From assembly GCF_009914755.1 (NCBI RefSeq), contig NC_060948.1: 64,000 nucleotides of DNA. One strand, written 5' to 3'. The translations under genes and the position numbers were made by a program. Under the pieces are notes generated by a model. That model searched no databases. It worked only from the letters and a program-made list of their open reading frames with translations, and was not told the origin of the DNA. Shown one piece after another: positions 51,645 to 64,000 of this stretch. This DNA comes from the human T2T-CHM13v2.0 reference genome, Homo sapiens. Every line of letters starts with the position of its first letter. Position 1 is the stretch's first letter.

Positions 51645-51925
51645 CCTTGTATCCATTTCCCAGGGCTGCTGTAGCAAGCCATCACACACCAGGTGGCTTA
51701 CAACTGGGATTCATTCTGTCGCAGTTTTGGAAGCAGAAGTCTGAAATCAAGGTGTGGGCAGGGTGGGTTCCTTCTGGAGGCTCTAGTGGTGGATCCGTTC
51801 CTTACCGCAGCCCCGAGCCTATTCCCATGGCCTCAGGGGCTTCCCATACAGTGCATAGGATGGCCTCACCTCAGAAAGTGATCCAGACCCGAATGTCCAC
51901 AGTGCTGAGGCTGAGAAACCCTGTC
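51645..51925. mobile_element. MLT1 fragment (51645-51800) plus MER20 fragment (51830-51925)
   Basis: 'aagtctgaaatcaaggtgtgggcaggg'; 'aatgtccacagtgctgaggctgagaaaccctg'. Confidence 0.7.
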
Positions 51926-52064
51926 TTAGCTTCAAACGCACACATACACTCTCTCTCTGTTTTGCTCGCTCGCTCTCTTTCTCTCTGTCTCATATATTGA
52001 TCTAGCTGTCTATCTATTTCTCCGTAGGTATCTACCTATATCCATCTGTCTATCTGTCATCTAC

Positions 52065-52366
52065 TTCTTTTTCTTTTTCGTTAGAGACAAGGTCTTGCCC
52101 TTTCGCCCCAGCCAGACTGCCGTGGCGTGATCATAGCTCACTGCAGCATCAAATTCCTGGGCTCAAGCAATCCTCCTACCTCAGCCTCCCAAGTAGTTGT
52201 GACTATAGGGGTGCACCACCATTTCCTGCTAGTTTTTAAATTTTTTGTAGAGATGGGGTCTTGCTATGTTGTCCAGGCTAGTTTCAAATTCCTGGGCTCA
52301 AGCAATTCATTCGCCTTGGCCTCCCAATATGCTGAGATTACAGGTCTGAGCCATAGCACTTGGCCT
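52065..52366 (-). mobile_element. Alu (AluJ)
   Basis: Reverse AluJ consensus. Confidence 0.88.
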
Positions 52367-52369
52367 CTC

Positions 52370-52960
52370 ATGTATTTGTATCTCTATCTGTCTCTCTCTC
52401 TCTTTCTCTCTCTCTCTGTCTCTCTCTTATCTATGTATCCATTCATCCATCTATCCATATCTATCTATATATCTATCCATATCTATCTATATGTCTATCT
52501 GCCTATGCATTTATCTATCTATATCATCTATATATCCATTTATCCATCTATATTATCTATCCATATCTATCATCTATATATCTACCTATTCTTTCTATCT
52601 ATATATCTATCCATTCATCCATTTATCCATATCTATCATCTATATATCTATCCATAACTATGTATCTACCTATCTATCCATTCATCTATCTCTATCCATC
52701 TATCTATCTACCTACCTGTCTGCCTATTCATCCATGTATCTACCTCTATCCATCATTTATCCATGAATCTACTTCTTTCTATCAATATATCCATACATGT
52801 ATCTATATCTATTTAGCAATCATCTATCCATGTATCTATTTGGATCTCTATCAATCCATGTATTGATATTTACCTATCTATGCATTAATGTATCTATATC
52901 CATTTATCCATGTATCTCTATGTATCTCTACATTTCATATACATTTGCACTTCTTATATA
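52370..52960. repeat. (TCTA)/(TCCA) degenerate simple repeat
   Basis: Direct inspection. Confidence 0.92.
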
Positions 52961-53529
52961 TGCTATGTCTCAAACACGTGCCCACTCACATTTGCATGTG
53001 TGTCTGAATGTATACACACATACACACACATTTAGTGAAGGGGCACCCTGACTTGATTTGTACATATCTCAGTGGTGACAGTCATCAGCAAGAAGCAGCC
53101 CCAGGACCTGGGCTGATTGCACCCTTCTCAGGCCCCAGCCTGAGTCCCAAGCATCACTGCGGAGGCTCACAGAAGAGTCCACCCAGCCAAGGCCACCCCT
53201 GGGACCTCTCCTCACTGGAGGAGCCTCATGCCTTTGGCTTCCATTTCTCTTCAAACGGCATAATGAACACCCACACTCCTGGTGTGCCCTTGGGATATAA
53301 AATTAGAGCCAGATTAAGCATGCTTGCTGGCCCTGTGGTGACCACTACAAATGAGGTGTTTTCCACTTCCCATCATTTCCATGCAGTGGTATTTAAAAAG
53401 GAAATGGTTTCCATTGCAAAACATTTTCTGTGACTTTTGGCTGCAATATTTTGCTGCTTATGCTTTTTTTCTCATATTTTCCTTCCCCTGCATATATTTT
53501 CTTTACATTAAAATTTTTCTTTAAAAATA

Positions 53530-53836
53530 TTCCTTTCTTTTTTTTTTTTTTTTTTTTTTGAGACAGTCTCGCTTTGCCACCCAGGCTGGAATACAGTGGC
53601 GCAATCTCAGCTCACTGCAACCTCCGCCTCTGGGTTCAAGTGATTCTTCTGCCTCAGTCTCCTGAGTAGCTGGAATTACAGGCGTGCACCACCATGCCCA
53701 GATAATTTTTGTATTTTTAGTAGAGACAGGGTTTCATCATGTTGGCCAGGCTGGTCTTGAACTCCTGACCTGAAGTGATCTGCCCGCCTCGGCCTCCCAA
53801 ATTGCTGGGATGACAGGCGTGAGCCACCGTGCCCGT
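53530..53836 (-). mobile_element. Alu (AluSz-like)
   Basis: Reverse Alu consensus. Confidence 0.92.
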
Positions 53837-54527
53837 CCTTGCCTTGGCATCTAAAAAGGAAATGGTTTCCATCGCAAAACATTTTCTGTGACTTTTGGCT
53901 GCAATATTTTGCTTCTTATGCTCTTTTTTTTCCTCATACTTTTCCTCCCCTGACTACATTTTCTTTAAGTTTTTTCTGTACATTAAAAATATTATTTATA
54001 TGTTAAGTATAAAGAATATTTCAACCACTCTTCTGTAAATTAAACAAAAAAGAAGCTGAATTTTCCAAAAGTGACATGCAGTACAACAGCATCTCCGCAG
54101 GCAGACGAGAAAAAAAGTGATCTCTCCCAACAAAAAAATGCTGACAGTAAGAAATTAAGCCCCATGTTTTTATGTGAAAACTCCCGGTTCAAAACCATAC
54201 AAACATTGAAACCTCATGTGAAGAAAATTGTCCGCCAAATTCATCTCTATATTTTATTTGCTCTTCTTGAGGATAATTTGGAATACAATCAGTCCTCTGC
54301 CAGAATAATGTTTATTACTCCATTTATTCCAAAAAGCATGTTAGGAGGCTTTCAGACAAAATGGCTTTAATTTGACTTTTAAAACAGAACGGCAACATTC
54401 TAGGAATCAGAGCCAGAAGTCAATGCCTTTTATAGTTATCTATTTTCAAGAGTTGAATTTTCCTGGCACAACAGTACTAGAAGATAGAACCCCAGTTGAA
54501 TGGGCTTTTCATTCTTAGTCCTATGAC

Positions 54528-54826
54528 TTTCTTTTTTTTTTTTTTTGAGATGGAGTCTTGCTCTGTCACCCAGGCTGGAGTGTAGTGGCATGATCTCGGC
54601 TTACTGCAACCTCCACCTCCCAGGTTCAAGCGGTTCTCATGCCTCAGCCTCCTGAGTAGCTGGGATTACAGGCTCATGCCACCATGCCTAGCTAATTTTT
54701 GTATTTTTAGTAGAGACAGGGTTTCACCATATTGGCCAGGCTGGTCTCGAACTCCTGACCTTGTGATCCACCCGCCTCGGCCTCCCAAAGTGCTGGGATT
54801 ACAGGTGTAAGCCACTGTTCCCGGCC
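54528..54826 (-). mobile_element. Alu (AluSg-like)
   Basis: Reverse Alu; TSD-like gtcct(a/g)tgactttc. Confidence 0.92.
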
Positions 54827-55034
54827 CTGTCCTGTGACTTTCAAGGGGGGACAGCCCTTGACATGTAATTTTTGTGCTTAATCTATATCCCTGGACTATA
54901 GTCCTCTTTTCACCCTTCTATGTCCACTTTCTGCCCTGGGAGTTGATTTTTAGAGACTGTATCAGAAGGACTCAGCCCTGTGAGTTTCTAAATAGTGTTG
55001 GCCGATCTAGGGGACTGAAATTTGACAGTAAAAC

Positions 55035-56810
<1,776 letters not shown>

Positions 56811-57114
56811 TCTTTCATACCCTCTAGTCTCCTCTGAGTCCCTCAGGCAGCAGCACACCCCTCCCAACGGCTGCACCACCTGGTTATGAGCCCAGGCTCC
56901 GCATGTCACCCCAGTTCAGCTCTCTGTGGCCGCAAGGCCCAGCACAGAAGCTCCTGACCATGGCCTCCCCATCCCTGAATGGCCCTTCCCACCATTGCCT
57001 GCTTGGACACTGACTGATACGATCCTGCCCTCCCTGTCATCTCGGTGATCCCTTCTCCTTCTCAGGGCTCTGTTCCTTCCTGCCTTTGCTCACACATCCC
57101 CTGTTGTGTGACAG

Positions 57115-58853
<1,739 letters not shown>

Positions 58854-59297
58854 TAGCACAGCTTTTTATTACTGTGTGTGCATGGAGCAACAAGACCCTT
58901 CAGCATTGACCTGCAAGCACTCCTTCAGCCCTCAAGTTGGAAGACGTTGCAACATGACCCTATGAAACAATTGCTAGGTATTTCTCCCAGAATCCAGCAC
59001 AGAGCTGACCATTCCATAAATAGTTCTGGATTGGCTGATAAATATTCCTCTGTAATGCTTTGTGTATATTGGAGTTAATGAAGATGTGTTGACTTAAAGC
59101 TATTAAACTTGTGGCAACCAATCAATGTCTGTAGTCTTGTTATCAGAAGTGCACCAGTGTTGGTGACCTGGCTCTGATATTGCACCCCAATCCTAATAGA
59201 AAATGAAGCTGGGCTAAGGGCAAATGAAACTCTAGGTGGGGGTCTTGTGTACTTGCATCTTCCTTAGACTCTTTAATTATCTCAAAAGGAAATTTAA

Positions 59298-59762
<465 letters not shown>

Positions 59763-60112
59763 TGAAGTTGACTTAACATCATTCCCTGTTAAGGAGAGGT
59801 AGTTTTATTACATTGAGTAACAAATCTGTCTGCTTCTTTGAAATCAGGGTTAAGCATTAACTAGAACCCATGATGGGGTTAAAGTGATGGATGCATAAAC
59901 ACACACACATACACAGACATGCATGCACACCTGCACACACATCAATTAAAATTCGGTTCATTGATTTGCCGGTGACGAGAACCTGCAAACAGAATGTGCA
60001 GGTGTCCTGATCTGACCCTGGAAGAGAGAGAAAGGTTCAAAGATGAGCTCTTTTAGTTTCAAGATATGAGTCAACTGCCTTGGATTCATTTCCTTGTTTT
60101 CTTTTTTTTTTT

Positions 60113-60340
60113 AATATTAGGGATGTCAATGACTCCTCATAAGATGATGAGGAGAGATAGATGGTATAAAGTGTATTATAAATGTGATGGTTCTTACTGC
60201 CTGCTTAAGGTTCTAGTGCAATAGAATATTAGGGATGTCAGTGATTTCCTCATAAGATGATGAAGAGAGAAAGATGGCATAAAGTGTATTATAAATGGTG
60301 GTTCTTACTGCCTGCTTAAGGTTCTAGTGCAATAAAATAT
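60113..60340 (+). repeat. Two-copy tandem duplication, ~112-bp unit
   Basis: 'aatattagggatgtca…ggttcttactgcctgcttaaggttctagtgcaata' at 60113 and 60225. Confidence 0.92.
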
Positions 60341-60724
60341 GAGAAATACATGGCTTATAATTCAGGCAGCTATTAATGTGATCCTGTTGGACTTTTGTCT
60401 GCCCATATATGGCCAACCAAGACCGAACAAAGTATATTCCTTAAATGTTGGAAGAATCTGCAAACCACAGACTAGCCAGTTTGGTGTTAATCGCCAGAAG
60501 ATGATTAACCATGGAAATCAAAGCCAGATAAACAGTTTCTGATCATAAACTGAACATGTGTGTGGACCTCCCCTTTCTCCAGCCCCAAAAAGGATTGCAA
60601 AGCCCTTGAGGATGCTTTATCTTGTGTCGCTCAGGGTGCCTAGAAGAGCGTTGAAAACTGGCAAATTCTCCATAATGTGTGTGTTGGCATGGGGAAGTGG
60701 GGACGATGGGAAGCTCATTAGGTA

Positions 60725-61050
60725 CGCAGCCATTAGCTTTTGCAGCAAAACAAACCACCCCAAAACGTGGTGCTTTAAAACAATACCCATTTAGTTCGTT
60801 CCCGATTCCGTGGCTCAGCTGTTCAGGTTTGGCTCAGTGAGGCAGCTCTGGGGTCAGCTGGATTCACTCATGAGTCAGTGCTCAGCTGCCGGGTGGCCAG
60901 GAGCAGGCTGGTTTGGATGACTCAGCTGGGGCAGCTTGGTTTAGCTCCAACTGGTCTCTCAGCCTTCGCTGAGGCAGCTCATGCTTATGCATATGGCAGC
61001 CGGGAAGGTTTCCAAGCCAGGGAGCTAAGGCGTGAACAGCCTCTAAAAGC
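60725..61050 (-). mobile_element. Old MaLR MLT1 fragment
   Basis: 'aacaaaccaccccaaaac…ttaaaacaata'. Confidence 0.6.
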
Positions 61051-61077
61051 CCAAGTGCAGAAATTTTTAAAAAATGC

Positions 61078-61325
61078 TTATTTATTTGTTTTCAGAGACA
61101 AGATCTCACTCTGTCACCCCGGCTGGAGTGCAGAGGCACAATCATAGCTCACTGTAACTTTGAACTCCTGGGCTCAAGTGATCATCCCACCTCAGCCTCC
61201 CAAGTAGCTGAGACTCTAGGTGTGCACCACTATGTCCTGCTATTTTTTTTTTTTATAGAGATGGGGTGTCATTGTGTTGCCCAGTTTGGTCTCAAACTTC
61301 TGGCCACAAGAGATCATCCCCACCT
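61078..61325 (-). mobile_element. Alu (AluJ)
   Basis: Reverse AluJ consensus. Confidence 0.85.
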
Positions 61326-62077
61326 GATCCCAGACTGCCTACCCACCCTCACCTCCCAATTCTCTTCCTACTCATTAAGGTCATAATTTTTTCCCTCAGT
61401 GTCTGTGTTTTTGCTCATGTGTGTATGCTCTCTGAAATGGAGCATTTTCTATCCGGAAGACTCCTACACGTTCTGCACAACCCAGCTTAAATGCAGTCTC
61501 CTTCGTGAAACATTTCTCAACCAGCATGGCCTCCATTTTTCTCCTTTTTCCTCGCACAGCACTCTGCGCAGCACTCTGTGTCCATCATCTGTAGACTATA
61601 TCACGTTGTGTGAGATACATTGTTATTTTTGGTGGTGGTCGTGGTGTGTTTTGTTTGGTTTTTTGCTCTTCCTCAATGGAACAATTGGGCTATTTGATGA
61701 AAGAAAAAGGACTTACTCACCTTGGCATGCTTTGCATGTAGGAGACAATCTGTAACACTCTATTTGCTAAGTCAATGTTTATTGGATAAATCAACATAAT
61801 TTTCATGTTATTACATTACAGTGCTTAAATGTGCTTGCGTCAGCTCTGTAGCTACAGTGATGCACATATTGTTGTTGGAAGAGATTATATTTTTCATAAA
61901 TGGCCACAGCAATATTTCTGTCCCACACTCTCTTCCAGAACCTTGGTGCTTCCCATCAAGAGTGGGAATCTGATTCCCTTTTCCTTGAAATTGGGTGGAT
62001 ATTTGTGGCTGCTTTTGTGCAGAGGGGTTGCCACATGACTTCAGAAACCAGGTTGTAAATGTGCTGTGACTGCACAT

Positions 62078-62380
<303 letters not shown>

Positions 62381-63524
62381 ACAGTGGCTTTTTTAAACCA
62401 GTAAATTTTGGGATAGCTAGTTATACATAATAACTGAAACAATCACGCATTTTAGAATTCATATGTAAGCTAACTTTTACCATGTAGCATTCTCACACAT
62501 ATATAATGTGTGTGTGCATTTATGTGTGTGTGTTTGTGTGTGTGTGCACAGGCAAAAGAGATAGGGAGCTTTATTGCCTAGTGTTTTGTGGTCAGCTCAC
62601 TTTTGCCTTGCCTGCATTCAGTTGAGCAGTTAAGCATCTAAAGTACCCAGTCTGTACACTGGGCTGTCTGCCAGGTACCGTGTTAAAAACAAAGTTGAGC
62701 CTGCTCCTAGCTTGTTGGAAAACTCAGATAAACACAAATTAACAGCTCTCCTGTCACATTCTATGTTTTGGAACACCCTAGGATGGCTTTCTCAGATTCA
62801 GCACTGTGACCATCATAGTCAGCACTTGTCATGATCAAGACTCAACCTTAGGTCTTGGATACAGTCCTAACGGGCCACTGGTTCTAACCCACAAGGTTGT
62901 TTACCTATCTAAGCAGACTTAGGGGTAAACAGGATTCCTGCTTCAAATACAGTATTCTGGGAAGTTGATTCTTTCTTGACTCTGAGCCAAACTAAATGCA
63001 AGCATAAGCTTCATCAACAAAGTAGTTGTTCATATATTATGCAACTTCCGTAATGCCTTTTAATTTCTTCTGAAGACTCAACCAATGCTACAGGTAAGAA
63101 AATTAAAAAGACACACAGACATAGGATCACACATCAAGTTTTTGCCAAATTAAATTATTGTTTTGAAAATAATTTGCAGCACTGATGGGCACACACCGTA
63201 AAATTTCCAATGTATGAACTCTGGGCTACAAGACACTCTTTATCTTTGCCTGCTGTGAACGCTCTGAGGAAAATTCCGGTGGTTTTGAGGCAGTCACAAG
63301 GCAATGTGCTGCATAAGGCCTGGACTCAGAAGCAAAGGGCTCTTGATTTTAATCCCAGCCCACCGCTGACAAGCTCAACGGCCCCAGGATGTTTCCTCAT
63401 CAGCAGAGGTGGGCTAATGAATCCAGATCCCCTGTTTCACAGTTGTTCCTCAATGAATGAACACCTAGAAAGTTATACAACAATACAAAAATATCAGGTG
63501 GAAATTTACTTGTTTGTAAGTCTG

Positions 63525-64000
63525 TCAATCCATCCATCCACTCACCCTTCCATCTATTCATCCATCTATTTTTCTAGCCACCCGTCCATCCATCTATCCA
63601 TGCACCTATTTATCCATCCATCCAGTTATCCATCCATCTATCCACATATCCATCCACACACCCACCCATCCATCCATTCATGGATACAACCGTTCATCTA
63701 CACATCCACCCACCCACCCATTCACCAAACTATTCATCTATCCATCCATTCATGGATACAACCATTCATGTACACATCCACCCACCCACCCATTCACCAA
63801 ACTATTCATCTATCCATCCATCCATCCCTGCATACACCCACTCGTCGATCCATCCACTCATCCATTCACCCACCCATCTACCCATCCATCTGTCCATCCA
63901 TCCATCTACCCACCCACCCATCTACCCATTCATCCATCCATCCATTTATTCATCCATCCATACATTCAGCCACCCATTTACTGAAACCTTATCTATCATC
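63525..64000. repeat. (CCAT)/(CCAC) degenerate simple repeat
   Basis: Direct inspection; includes a ~71-bp internal duplication. Confidence 0.92.

Overview
Primate (almost certainly human) genomic DNA, Alu-dense, with no intact protein-coding gene. Positions 1-9560 hold a tandem array (period ~3.9 kb) of a cassette carrying a 45-nt CD99 exon-4-like and a 69-nt CD99 exon-5-like exon. This matches the described structure of CD99P1 (MIC2R) in pseudoautosomal region 1 of X/Y, upstream of CD99; the identification is from recalled sequence, not a search. The first four exon copies keep canonical splice sites and one open frame, while the last is frameshifted and truncated. The most striking unexplained element is a ~4.3-kb minisatellite (11580-15885) of 28/29-bp monomers. 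Most monomers carry a canonical ETS site (CAGGAAGTG) and some a GATA site; the array has a 342-bp higher-order period and an internal 237-bp inversion. It lies between the arms of an old inverted duplication (9575-10730 / 27545-29490). A compact ISRE/FOX/GATA motif cluster sits at ~32290-32420. The rest is Alus, L1, LTR and MaLR relics, simple repeats and several small local duplications. Repeat boundaries and subfamily names are by-eye estimates.
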